Position numbers and translations under genes: made by a program. From Clostridia bacterium (GTDB taxonomy: Bacteria; Bacillota; Peptococcia; DRI-13; PHAD01), in contig JAVEYA010000003.1 of the NCBI GenBank assembly GCA_034003745.1, forward strand, positions 40 to 64,039: a stretch of DNA of 64,000 nucleotides. Direction: 5' to 3'. Numbering within the stretch: position 1 is the stretch's first letter; each line of letters opens with the position of its first letter. Of the stretch, positions 10,719-19,500 are shown in pieces. Under the pieces are notes generated by a model. It did no database searches and was not told where the DNA came from. It saw nothing but the letters and a program-made list of their open reading frames with translations.

Positions 10719-13042
10719 TGCGGCCCTCCTTTTTTTGTACTCCAGATAGCTTCGGGTGTTAACGGCGTGAAGTCAAGACTGACCTGGGCCGCTGTGGATA
10801 AGGCATTGGCCAGAGCGGCAGGGATACCAATGATCCCATGTTCGCCGATTCCCCGCATGCCATAGGGGGCGTCCACCTGCGGCGTTTCCACAAAATCCAC
10901 CAGGTATTCGGGCTGTTCCCCGAAGCGCATCAGGTGATAGGTCCTGAACTGGGGATTCATCCTGACCCCTCCGCTATCGTAGAGACTGGCCTCACGGCAG
11001 CCGTAACCCAAGCCCATGCACATGCCGCCGGTGATCAAGCCTCTGGCGTTCTGGGGATTGATGATTTTCCCGGCATCGATCACCGTGGCTGCTTTCAGGA
11101 TCCGATAGGTGTAATCCAGGGTATCCAGTTCAACCTCCACGGCTTGCGCCCCTACAGCCCAGGCCGGCCCCGTCTTGCCGGCGCCCGTTTCGGGGTTCAT
11201 CGGGCTAAGATGGTGCATGATAAAATTACCCCGGCCGAGGATTTCTCCCCCGATGGCGTTGCCGTCCGGATATTCATAGCCGCAGGCAATGGTTTTAAAA
11301 TCAACGTAAATAGCCGGGTCAGCCTTCAGAAAGACTTTCTCTCCACCCACTTCCAGCACTTCAGGGGGGCATTTTAAGACAATGGAGGCTATCCGGCAGA
11401 GTTGCTTGGCTGCATCCTCCGCCGCCTCCAGAACCGCGTTGCCGACCATGAATCCAGTCATGCTGGCCGCGGTTTTCCAGTGCCAGGGGCTGGTCGAAGT
11501 GTTTACATCCATAACTACGTTGATTTTGTTGATGTCCATCCGAAGTTTTTCAGCCAGGAGCTGGGCCAGCGCCGTTTTTATACCCATTCCGATTTCTACC
11601 GCGCCAATATTCAGATTGACCGTACCGTCCTGGTTAAAAGTGATGAGGGCTCCGGCGGAGGCGTTGGTGGGCGTGCTGGAGGTTTTCCAAAAACAGCTGA
11701 TTCCTTTGGCCCGGACTTTATGGGGGCCGGTTTCGATCCGGAGCCCTTCCTCCCATTTGATCAGTTCCTGCAAGCGGTCCAGGCATGCCGTAAGATTCCC
11801 GGTGTTGCTGGCATTCAGCCGGACGCCCGTAGCGCTATACTGCCCGGGCTTAATAAGATTGCGGCGCCTTAATTCCAGCGGGTCCATTCCCAGGCTGTAG
11901 GCCAGCTTATCCATGGCCCGTTCCAGGGCAAACGTATGGGAAAGGCGGCCAAAGCTGCGGAAAGCCGTAACATAAGTATGATTCGTATAAATGCAATAAG
12001 AATCGCCATGGATGTTTTCGATATTGTACGGTCCGGCGCAGTCGGCGGCAATGGCGCGCGCCATTTTGACACCGGAGTCGGTGTAAGCGCCGGTATCCAC
12101 CCAGCAGGAGATTTCCAGCGCTTTGATCATTCCGTCCCGGGTGGCCCCCAGCTTAACGCAGGCTTCCAGACCGAGATGCCCCGGGGAGGAAGTGAAATCC
12201 TGTTCCCGGGATTCTTCCAGTTTGACCGGCTGCCCATGGACAGCCTGGCTGGCCAATACAGCCAGGATTTCCAGCTGGGGCGTTGTTTTGCCGCCAAAAC
12301 CACCGCCGACCAAGGGAACCTGGACAGTGACCCTGCTTTCATTCAGACCAAAATAACTGCTGATTTCTTTTTTTACATCATAAGGGCCTTGGGAAGAGGT
12401 ATGAATGAATACGGCGCCGTCCGGTTTGATCTCCGCCCGGACGTTGCGCGGCTCCATAGCGGCGTGGACAGAGGGGGGGAGGGTTGCCCGTGATTCAATG
12501 ACGGTTTCGCTTTCCGACCACCCCCGGGCCATATCGCCTTTGCGTATCTTGATCTGGTTGGCAATATTACTTCCCGATTGAACAAAGATGTCGTTGGGTT
12601 TGAGGGGCTGGTAAAAAGCAAGTCCTTCATGGAGAAGGGCTTTTTTTTCCAGCGCTTCCGTGATTGAATTTACCGGAGGAAGGGGTTCATAGGTTACCTT
12701 GACCATTCCGGCCGCTTCTTTGGCCTGCACCGGACTGTTGGCTACGACAATAGCTACAGGCTCTCCGAAATATCTTACCCGGTCAGCGGCCAAGGGCGGG
12801 CGGTCTTCCAAAGCCGGTCCCGTCAGACGGGCCGCACTGTCTCCAGTCACAACCGCCAGGACCCCGGGCATGCTTAAAGAGAGAGATTTGTCGATTCCTT
12901 TGATCAGGGCGTGACCGTATATGCTGGTGACCAGCCAGGCATATAGTTGTCCGGTTTCATTATAATCGGCGTTATACTTGGCTGCGCCGGTAACTTTATA
13001 CCAGGATTCTTTTTTCGGTATGCTTCTTCCAACAACAAGCAT
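10715..13042 (-). CDS. molybdenum hydroxylase large subunit, molybdopterin-binding (xanthine dehydrogenase / aldehyde oxidase family)
   Basis: It has an a/b-hammerhead N-terminus (GRSIPKKESWYKVTGAAKY) followed by GGGFGGK. The C-terminus carries PYGMRGIGE. I chose ATG 13042, 7 nt after GGAGG. Confidence 0.9.
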   Translation of the reverse strand: MLVVGRSIPKKESWYKVTGAAKYNADYNETGQLYAWLVTSIYGHALIKGIDKSLSLSMPGVLAVVTGDSAARLTGPALEDRPPLAADRVRYFGEPVAIVVANSPVQAKEAAGMVKVTYEPLPPVNSITEALEKKALLHEGLAFYQPLKPNDIFVQSGSNIANQIKIRKGDMARGWSESETVIESRATLPPSVHAAMEPRNVRAEIKPDGAVFIHTSSQGPYDVKKEISSYFGLNESRVTVQVPLVGGGFGGKTTPQLEILAVLASQAVHGQPVKLEESREQDFTSSPGHLGLEACVKLGATRDGMIKALEISCWVDTGAYTDSGVKMARAIAADCAGPYNIENIHGDSYCIYTNHTYVTAFRSFGRLSHTFALERAMDKLAYSLGMDPLELRRRNLIKPGQYSATGVRLNASNTGNLTACLDRLQELIKWEEGLRIETGPHKVRAKGISCFWKTSSTPTNASAGALITFNQDGTVNLNIGAVEIGMGIKTALAQLLAEKLRMDINKINVVMDVNTSTSPWHWKTAASMTGFMVGNAVLEAAEDAAKQLCRIASIVLKCPPEVLEVGGEKVFLKADPAIYVDFKTIACGYEYPDGNAIGGEILGRGNFIMHHLSPMNPETGAGKTGPAWAVGAQAVEVELDTLDYTYRILKAATVIDAGKIINPQNARGLITGGMCMGLGYGCREASLYDSGGVRMNPQFRTYHLMRFGEQPEYLVDFVETPQVDAPYGMRGIGEHGIIGIPAALANALSTAAQVSLDFTPLTPEAIWSTKKGGPQ

Positions 13043-13219
13043 CTTCATACCTCCGAGCTTACTGCAAGCAATTAAATTTTATTCCTTAGACCCTTATTTT
13101 CACCAATCTCCAGAAGATAATTCCTCTGTTCAACTAAACAATCAAATTTTTTATACAATGAGCCCTCGGCTATAAACGGTTTTGCCCGCAGTCTTTATAG
13201 GATTGCTTAAACCAAAAAT

Positions 13220-13269
13220 AAAAGACGTTTCCTGAAGTCTTGGCATTAGACTGGGGAAACGTCTTTTTT
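13220..13269. terminator. strong terminator-like hairpin inside a divergent intergenic region
   Basis: AAAAGACGTTTCC..AGTCT..AGACT..GGAAACGTCTTTT, with an A-run before and a T-run after, so it is competent on both strands. Confidence 0.5.
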
Positions 13270-13285
13270 ATTCTGTAAAAACTTC

Positions 13286-13314
13286 TTTACAAATTGTCTG
13301 CAGCGTATTATATT
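13286..13314 (+). promoter_or_regulatory. candidate sigma-70 promoter of the arsR/P-type ATPase operon
   Basis: TTTACA - 17 nt - TATATT, about 45 nt upstream of ATG 13361. Confidence 0.4.
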
Positions 13315-13360
13315 AAAATCAGAACACATGAGCAATTATTCATATAAGGAGTATAATATT

Positions 13361-13765
13361 ATGATGGATGATCTGAAAATACCGGGCGAAAATATGGCCC
13401 CAGCTGCGGTAGAAACGGTGGAAGTGTGTGTCGAAAAATGCGTCAACAGCGAGCATGTCCGGGAGGTCAAGGCCAACAGTCTTAGCCCGGAGGAGGTCTT
13501 AGGCCTTTCCGAAGTGTTTAAGGCTATGGGCGACGCTACCCGTATACGCATCCTGCACGCCTTGTCGCAGCAAGAATTATGCGTCTGTGAGCTGGAAGAG
13601 ACGCTGGAGATGTCCCAATCCTCCATCTCCCACCAGCTGAGAGTGCTCAGAAACTTGCGCCTGGTCAAATTCAGGAAGGACGGGAAGAATGTCTTTTATT
13701 CTTTAGATGATGAGCATATCCTTAACTTCTTTATCCAGGGACTGGCCCATATCAGGCATGATTAA
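13361..13765 (+). CDS. ArsR/SmtB-family metal-sensing repressor
   Basis: GDATRIRILHALSQQELCVCELEETLEMSQSSISHQLRVLRNLRLV is the canonical ArsR HTH with the CVC metal site. AAGGAG lies 9 nt before ATG 13361. Confidence 0.9.
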   Translation: MMDDLKIPGENMAPAAVETVEVCVEKCVNSEHVREVKANSLSPEEVLGLSEVFKAMGDATRIRILHALSQQELCVCELEETLEMSQSSISHQLRVLRNLRLVKFRKDGKNVFYSLDDEHILNFFIQGLAHIRHD

Positions 13766-13801
13766 ACTAGAAAAACGGAAATAGAGTAAGGAGCAAGTGA
13801 A

Positions 13802-15775
13802 ATGACAGAACATGCTGAACATACCCAACATGAACACCCTGAAACGGTACAGACCGGACATGCTCACGAAGGCTGCTGTGAGCACTGCGCAACTAAGCTG
13901 CAGGGTATAACGGAAGAACATGAACACGAACACAAAGCGAGCCCGCTAATTAAATTAGGCACAGGGGCGATTCTTTATCTGGCGGCTATTTTTGCCCCGC
14001 TGCCTGCCGGTCTGGTTTTGCCGCTTTTTCTGATCGCCTATTTATTAATCGGAGGCGATATTCTGCTCCGTGCCATAAAAAATATCCGGCGCGGTCAGAT
14101 CTTTGATGAAAATTTCCTGATGACCATCGCTACCGTGGGAGCTTTTGGCATCGGCCAGTATGCGGAAGGCGTGGCGGTCATGCTCTTTTATCAGATCGGC
14201 GAAACATTTCAGGATCATGCCGTGGACCGCTCCCGCCGTTCTATCCGCGCTTTGATGGATATCCGCCCGGATTACGCCAACCTGAAAACAGGAGAGCAAG
14301 TATCCACGGTTCGTGCGGAGGAGGTCCAGGCCGGGGATATAATCCTGGTAAAGCCGGGAGAACGGGTGCCGCTGGACGGAACAATAATAGAGGGAACTTC
14401 CATGGTGGATACCTCCGCCCTGACCGGCGAAGCGGTACCGCGCCGGGTTGAGGCCGGGGACGCGGTTTTAAGCGGTTCCATCAATACCAGCGGGCTGCTG
14501 CAGGTAAAAGTCAGTAAGATTTTTTGTGAATCCACCGTAGCGAAAATATTGGAGCTGGTGGAAAAAGCCGCGGCGAAGAAAGCGCCGATGGAGAATTTTA
14601 TCACGAAATTTGCTAAGTATTATACGCCCGCTGTGGTTATTACTGCCGCGGCGCTGGCTGTCCTGCCGCCCCTTTTGACCGGCGGAAGTTTCTCGGCGTG
14701 GTTTTACCGGGCCCTGATCTTTCTGGTTGTCTCCTGCCCGTGCGCACTGGTAATATCCATTCCCTTAAGCTTTTTTGGCGGTATCGGCGGCGCCTCCAGG
14801 AACGGCATCCTGGTCAAAGGCGGAAATTACCTCGAAGCGCTGAATAAAGTGGATACGGTTGTCTTTGATAAGACAGGGACGCTGACCAAGGGGGTTTTCA
14901 GGGTTACCGCCCTGCACCCGGCCGGCGAATTCAGCCCGGACCGGCTGTTGGAGTATGCCGCCCTGGCCGAGTATTATTCCGGGCATCCTATCGCCAAATC
15001 CATTCTGGAGGCTTATCAGGAATCCGCAGCAAAAGGGATGAATGCCGCTGAGATCGAATCCTATGAGGAAAAAGCAGGTTATGGCGTCACGGCTGTTATT
15101 GCCGGAAAAAGCGTCCTGGCGGGCAGCCTGAAGTTGATGCAGCAGGCGGGTATCCCTGCAGATAATGTGCCCGCTTTTACCGGAACGGTGGTGCATCTTG
15201 CGGTAGGCGGCGCCTATGCGGGATATCTGCAAATCTCCGATGAGATAAAAGAAGACAGCCCAAAGGCTGTTGAGGAACTTAAAGCAGCAGGTGTACGCAA
15301 ACTGTATATGCTGACCGGGGATAGCAAGGTTACTGCCCGGGAGGTCAGCGAGAAACTGCAGCTGGATGACTATTTCAGTGAGCTTTTGCCTCACGAAAAA
15401 GTGGAACAGCTCGAAGAGCTGTACCGGCAAAAAGAAAGAGGTTCCCTGGTCTTTGTCGGCGATGGCATCAATGACGCGCCGGTATTGGCGCGGGCTGACG
15501 TGGGCGTGGCGATGGGGCTGGGTTCGGATGCGGCCATCGAGGCGGCCGACGTAGTCCTGATGACGGATGAGCCTTCCAAGCTGGCGCAGGCAATTAAAGT
15601 CGCTCGGAAGACCAACGCCATCGTCTGGCAGAATATTATCTTCTCCCTGGCCGTCAAAGGCGTCGTGCTCATCCTGGGCGCCGGCGGGCTGGCTACTATC
15701 TGGGAAGCTGTCTTCGCCGACGTGGGTGTGGCGCTTTTAGCCATCCTAAACGCTATGCGGGTAATGCGCAGTTAG
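13802..15775 (+). CDS. heavy-metal-translocating P1B-type ATPase (Cd/Zn/Co type)
   Basis: It has a His/Cys-rich N-terminus, TGE, the CPC motif (VSCPCALV), DKTGTLT and GDGINDAP. Confidence 0.93.
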   Translation: MTEHAEHTQHEHPETVQTGHAHEGCCEHCATKLQGITEEHEHEHKASPLIKLGTGAILYLAAIFAPLPAGLVLPLFLIAYLLIGGDILLRAIKNIRRGQIFDENFLMTIATVGAFGIGQYAEGVAVMLFYQIGETFQDHAVDRSRRSIRALMDIRPDYANLKTGEQVSTVRAEEVQAGDIILVKPGERVPLDGTIIEGTSMVDTSALTGEAVPRRVEAGDAVLSGSINTSGLLQVKVSKIFCESTVAKILELVEKAAAKKAPMENFITKFAKYYTPAVVITAAALAVLPPLLTGGSFSAWFYRALIFLVVSCPCALVISIPLSFFGGIGGASRNGILVKGGNYLEALNKVDTVVFDKTGTLTKGVFRVTALHPAGEFSPDRLLEYAALAEYYSGHPIAKSILEAYQESAAKGMNAAEIESYEEKAGYGVTAVIAGKSVLAGSLKLMQQAGIPADNVPAFTGTVVHLAVGGAYAGYLQISDEIKEDSPKAVEELKAAGVRKLYMLTGDSKVTAREVSEKLQLDDYFSELLPHEKVEQLEELYRQKERGSLVFVGDGINDAPVLARADVGVAMGLGSDAAIEAADVVLMTDEPSKLAQAIKVARKTNAIVWQNIIFSLAVKGVVLILGAGGLATIWEAVFADVGVALLAILNAMRVMRS

Positions 15776-16095
15776 TGTATGCCGTCAATGCGGCAGGCCA
15801 GGGATTGCCCGCTAAGGGCTTCAGAGATTATATCCGCGTAATCCTTTTCATTTTTCCTCAGCCACAGATTGGCATAGGAGCAGCTGGCTGCAGCTTTTAG
15901 TCCTTTTTCCCGCAAGTGATTAGCCACAACCGTCATCATTTTATCCGCTACGCCTTGTCCCCGGAGCAGGGGATTCACGTAAGTATGATCGATATCGACC
16001 GCTCCATTGTCTGTATACACATAGGTAGTTTCCGCCATTACTTCACCTTTTTCGTTTGTCCCGATGATGCGTCCGTCTGCAAATGTCCAGTTCAT
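15772..16095 (-). CDS. small GNAT-fold N-acetyltransferase (YjdJ-like)
   Basis: HTYVNPLLRGQGVADKMM...AASCSYA matches the short GNAT (Acetyltransf_CG) pattern. I trimmed the start to ATG 16095 behind AGGAGAG. The stop overlaps the ATPase stop by 4 nt (convergent genes). Confidence 0.75.
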   Translation of the reverse strand: MNWTFADGRIIGTNEKGEVMAETTYVYTDNGAVDIDHTYVNPLLRGQGVADKMMTVVANHLREKGLKAAASCSYANLWLRKNEKDYADIISEALSGQSLACRIDGIH

Positions 16096-16243
16096 AGGCC
16101 ACTCTCCTGTCTTTTCTTTAATAGTATGTCTGTATTTTAACAAAAAAGGGGTTGTGTCAGAAGGCTCTAAACAAAAAGAATAAAAAGCAAGCGAAAACGG
16201 GTGAAACCGTATTACCCGCTGCCGGTACAGAGACCGGGTTATC

Positions 16244-17191
16244 TCAGGACGATGAGGAATTAAAGAGCGCCCGCAAGGTCAGATACACCAGAAGTATAAT
16301 GACCAGTACCAAGAAGCCCAGGAGCGGGAAGAACAGAATCTTATAAAAGACGTGTCCGCTTTGTTTGTACATCATCGCTGTGGCTAAAGTTACGGCGGCT
16401 AGCGGAAAGGTATAGGCCCACCAGGACATGAAGAATTTTAATTTTAAAAAAAGATCTATCTGGGTAAGCAGCAAAATGAGCATGAAAAGGGCAAAAAAAT
16501 AAAGGAGCCTGGTGAAATTATCAATACCGCCGTTTAATACGGTATAAGAAACGGAACCGACCGCAGGCGGCGCAATGAGGATAAATAATGTCGGCGTTAT
16601 CTGTTCGGATAAAGGCGCATGAAAGAATATCCGATACAAGAAAATTGTAAAGAGGGCAAACCAAAAGAAGATGCCGATGCTGAAAAAGAACCAAATGAAT
16701 TCAAGGCTGAAATGACGTGCGCCGGCGATGGGAATAATGATGTTGCCCACAACGGGAATGAACCAGGACGGATTAAAATGGGACAGTTTAATATTGGTTC
16801 GGCGGGTCCATACTGAAAGGATGGTCAGGGTGAGCAAGAAATGCAAGGATGTGCCGGTGGACCAGAGCACTTTGGATATAGTCGGATTGATTTCCAGCAA
16901 AGCGGTGCTGATTAATACCAGGTTGATTGTGAACGCAGGAAAAAAATTGAGCAGGACCGGATGATTTATCTCCTCAAGCACGGCTGACCGATGGTGGAGA
17001 ATCTTCATGAAATATAAACCGGACAGATAGAAGAAGAGGAGAATAACGGCATATAAAAGGCCGCTGCTGATATTCCTGTTCATTTGCAGGATTTCTTCAC
17101 AGTTTTGCAGGGCAAAGACAAGTCCGCTAAGACCCAAAATTACAGAAAAACAAGAAATGGGTAAGTATTGCAGAGTAAGTTTCGTTTTCAT
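16244..17191 (-). CDS. TehA/SLAC1 (TDT) family anion/dicarboxylate transporter
   Basis: 315 aa with 10 TM segments. The N-terminus LQYLPISCFSVILGLSGL and the overall pattern are typical of the tellurite-resistance/dicarboxylate transporter family. Confidence 0.75.
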   Translation of the reverse strand: MKTKLTLQYLPISCFSVILGLSGLVFALQNCEEILQMNRNISSGLLYAVILLFFYLSGLYFMKILHHRSAVLEEINHPVLLNFFPAFTINLVLISTALLEINPTISKVLWSTGTSLHFLLTLTILSVWTRRTNIKLSHFNPSWFIPVVGNIIIPIAGARHFSLEFIWFFFSIGIFFWFALFTIFLYRIFFHAPLSEQITPTLFILIAPPAVGSVSYTVLNGGIDNFTRLLYFFALFMLILLLTQIDLFLKLKFFMSWWAYTFPLAAVTLATAMMYKQSGHVFYKILFFPLLGFLVLVIILLVYLTLRALFNSSSS

Positions 17192-17208
17192 AGATAAACC
17201 CCTTAAAG

Positions 17209-17241
17209 AGAGCTGAGACCACCTTAAGCGGTCTCAGCTCT
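17209..17241 (-). terminator. hairpin terminator after the PRT gene
   Basis: 12-bp perfect stem AGAGCTGAGACC / GGTCTCAGCTCT. The U-tract is weak on both strands. Confidence 0.5.
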
Positions 17242-17246
17242 TCTTT

Positions 17247-17801
17247 CTATCCTTTGATCGTTCCGTCCGCGTTGAAGAGCGGAAGTTTCTCCAGGAAGAT
17301 GATATCCTCCCTGTCCGCTGCCTCGCCTTCGGCCAGGACGGCCATCCGGCCGGCTATCCGGCCCCCGGCCATGGTTACCAGTTTCTCCAATGCGTTGATG
17401 GATTGACCTGTAGAAATGACGTCATCCACCAGCAGCATGTTTTTGCCCCGAATCATTTCGGCTTCGGACTGGTCCAGATAGAGACGCTGCGTATGGGCTG
17501 TGGTGATGGAATTGACCTCCGTGGCAAAGATGCCGCTCATATAGAGCTTGGGCGACTTGCGGGCGATGAAGTATCTCATTTTTCCGCTTCGGCGCGCCAT
17601 CTCATAAGCCAGCGGGATACTTTTAGCTTCCGGCGTAATCAGGTAATCGTACTCCGGGGCCAATTCCAGTAAAGCTTTGGCACAGGCTTCGGTCACCTCC
17701 ACATCGCCGAAAACAGAGAATCCGGCGATATATAAATCGTCCTTGACCTGGCAAATAGGCAATTTCCGGAGCAGTCCGGCCACGGTAAGTGAATAATGCA
17801 T
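17247..17801 (-). CDS. type I phosphoribosyltransferase (Apt/Xpt-like purine PRT)
   Basis: The PRPP-binding loop is MLLVDDVISTGQS. The gene lies directly downstream of a purine permease. Confidence 0.8.
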   Translation of the reverse strand: MHYSLTVAGLLRKLPICQVKDDLYIAGFSVFGDVEVTEACAKALLELAPEYDYLITPEAKSIPLAYEMARRSGKMRYFIARKSPKLYMSGIFATEVNSITTAHTQRLYLDQSEAEMIRGKNMLLVDDVISTGQSINALEKLVTMAGGRIAGRMAVLAEGEAADREDIIFLEKLPLFNADGTIKG

Positions 17802-17848
17802 TTAACCAAATCCTTTTGTTTATTTTAAGGTTGATGTCAATGGGCTGC

Positions 17849-19267
17849 TTAAATTACAGCCATAATGATAAAGTTGATGATGAAGAGCAGGGTGGATATG
17901 CTTAAGATAGGATGAACCTCATTAAATTTCCCTTTAAAAATCTTGACTATGCAGTAGAAGAGAAAACCGGTGGCAATCCCGTAAGAGATGCTGTAGCAGA
18001 AGGCCATGAACACCCCGGCAAAGAAGGCGGGAATCGCTTCGTCCAAGTTATCCCATTCGATTTCCTTGAAAGCGGACATCATCATGATCCCGACCACAAT
18101 CAAAGCGGGCGCCGTTGCGGCGGCGGGCACCAGGCCTGCTACCGGAGCCAGGAACATTGCCAGGATGAACAAGATAGCGGTAACGACGCTGGTTAGGCCG
18201 GTCTTTCCGCCCGCGCCGATACCGGCTGCGCTTTCCACATAGGTGGTGGTATTGGAGGTGCCGACCAGCGCGCCGATGGAGGTGGCGATGGAGTCCGCGA
18301 ATAAAGCTTTGTCCATTTTGGAACTGAAGCCGGAGCTTGTCTCCAGGGTTTTGATATCTTCCTCATTGAAGATGCCGGTTTTACGGCCGGTACCGATGAA
18401 AGTGCCGATGGTGTCAAAGATGTCGGAAAGGCTGAAAGCAAAGACCGTAATCAAGACAAGGGGAAGCTTGCTTGCGTCGGCAAAGAGGGAAGCAAAACCC
18501 TCGCCGCTGAAAATTACGCCGAAGACAGCGCCCAGTTCAGCGAAAGTGGTGCCCATATCATTGGTCACACCGACTGCAGAGAGGTCCACGATACCCATCG
18601 GAATGCCAATGATGGTCGTGATGATAATGCCAAGCAGGATAGCGGCGCGGACTTTCAGGACCAGCAGGGCTACCGTGAGCAGCAGACCGATCAAGGCCAG
18701 CAACACCGCGGGACTGTTTAAGGTTACCAGCGCCGGGATGGCTGAGGAACTGCCGATAATGGTTCCGCCGTCCAGGGCGATATAGGTGCCCGGGTCTAAG
18801 GTAAAGCTTAAGAGTCCGGCGTTTTTAATGCCGATATAGGCGATAAAAATACCGATGCCGCCGCCGATAGCGTTTTGCAGGCCGGAGGGAATGGCTCTAA
18901 TGATGGATTTACGGATTTTAGTGACGGTAAGAATAATATTAATGATACCGCAGAGGAAGACCATGGCCAGCGCTTGCTGCCAGGAAAAGCCCAGGGCAAA
19001 AACCACGGTATAGGTAAAGAAGGCGTTCAGGCCCATGCCGGGAGCCTGCGCGTAGGGTACATTGGCAAACAGACCCATGATGAGTGTGCCGATAGCGGCT
19101 GCGATAATCGTGGCCATGAAAATTGCGCCCCAGGGAATACCGGTTTGCGAGAGAATAGCGGGGTTGACAAAAATAATGTACGACATGGCAAAAAATGTAG
19201 TGAAACCTGCGATTACTTCAGTCGAAACCGTCGTGCCGTTTTCTTGCAGCTTGAAAAACTTGTCCAT
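17849..19267 (-). CDS. NCS2/AzgA-family purine (adenine/guanine/hypoxanthine) permease
   Basis: MDKFFKLQENGTTVSTEVIAGFTTFFAMSYIIFVNP is the hallmark N-terminus of PbuG/PurP-type permeases. The protein is 472 aa. Confidence 0.9.
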   Translation of the reverse strand: MDKFFKLQENGTTVSTEVIAGFTTFFAMSYIIFVNPAILSQTGIPWGAIFMATIIAAAIGTLIMGLFANVPYAQAPGMGLNAFFTYTVVFALGFSWQQALAMVFLCGIINIILTVTKIRKSIIRAIPSGLQNAIGGGIGIFIAYIGIKNAGLLSFTLDPGTYIALDGGTIIGSSSAIPALVTLNSPAVLLALIGLLLTVALLVLKVRAAILLGIIITTIIGIPMGIVDLSAVGVTNDMGTTFAELGAVFGVIFSGEGFASLFADASKLPLVLITVFAFSLSDIFDTIGTFIGTGRKTGIFNEEDIKTLETSSGFSSKMDKALFADSIATSIGALVGTSNTTTYVESAAGIGAGGKTGLTSVVTAILFILAMFLAPVAGLVPAAATAPALIVVGIMMMSAFKEIEWDNLDEAIPAFFAGVFMAFCYSISYGIATGFLFYCIVKIFKGKFNEVHPILSISTLLFIINFIIMAVI

Positions 19268-19302
19268 CTCTTTTAACTCCTCCGTTCATCTCTTTATATA
19301 GG

Positions 19303-19432
19303 AAAAAATAAAATAAAACCAATTGCAGATTACCATAAAGTACTAGTAATTTCAATTGGTTTTATGTCGATTCAAGGCGGATATGCCTGGTTCGCCAGTG
19401 CAGTATATTTACATTTTACCAGGAGCGCCTTT
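19303..19432 (-). promoter_or_regulatory. structured 5' leader of the permease operon: nested helix plus terminator-like hairpin
   Basis: On the minus strand the nested helix is AAGGCG..CCTGGT..(26-nt loop)..ACCAGG..CGCCTT at 19432-19374. The long hairpin AAAACCAATTG..ATTAC..GTAAT..CAATTGGTTTT follows at 19363-19315. After it come ATTTTATTTTTT, the RBS GGAGGAG and ATG 19267. Confidence 0.45.
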
Positions 19433-19500
19433 ATATTAGTTCATAAGATTATGCTATTATATAAGGAAAGCATGTCAAATCAGGCGGGGAGGATAAAACG

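Noticed and set aside
9370-13042. In-frame UGA (selenocysteine) recoding in the Mo hydroxylase, the FAD oxidoreductase (61731-63326) or other redox genes
   Set aside because: All these ORFs are uninterrupted and full-length relative to their families, and no split ORF pair is separated by a single TGA. Any selenium link would be via a labile cofactor, not Sec.
19268-19500. Canonical guanine/adenine (purine) riboswitch upstream of the permease
   Set aside because: The conserved junction and loop motifs of the purine riboswitch are absent on either strand. The region is reported instead as an unclassified structured leader.
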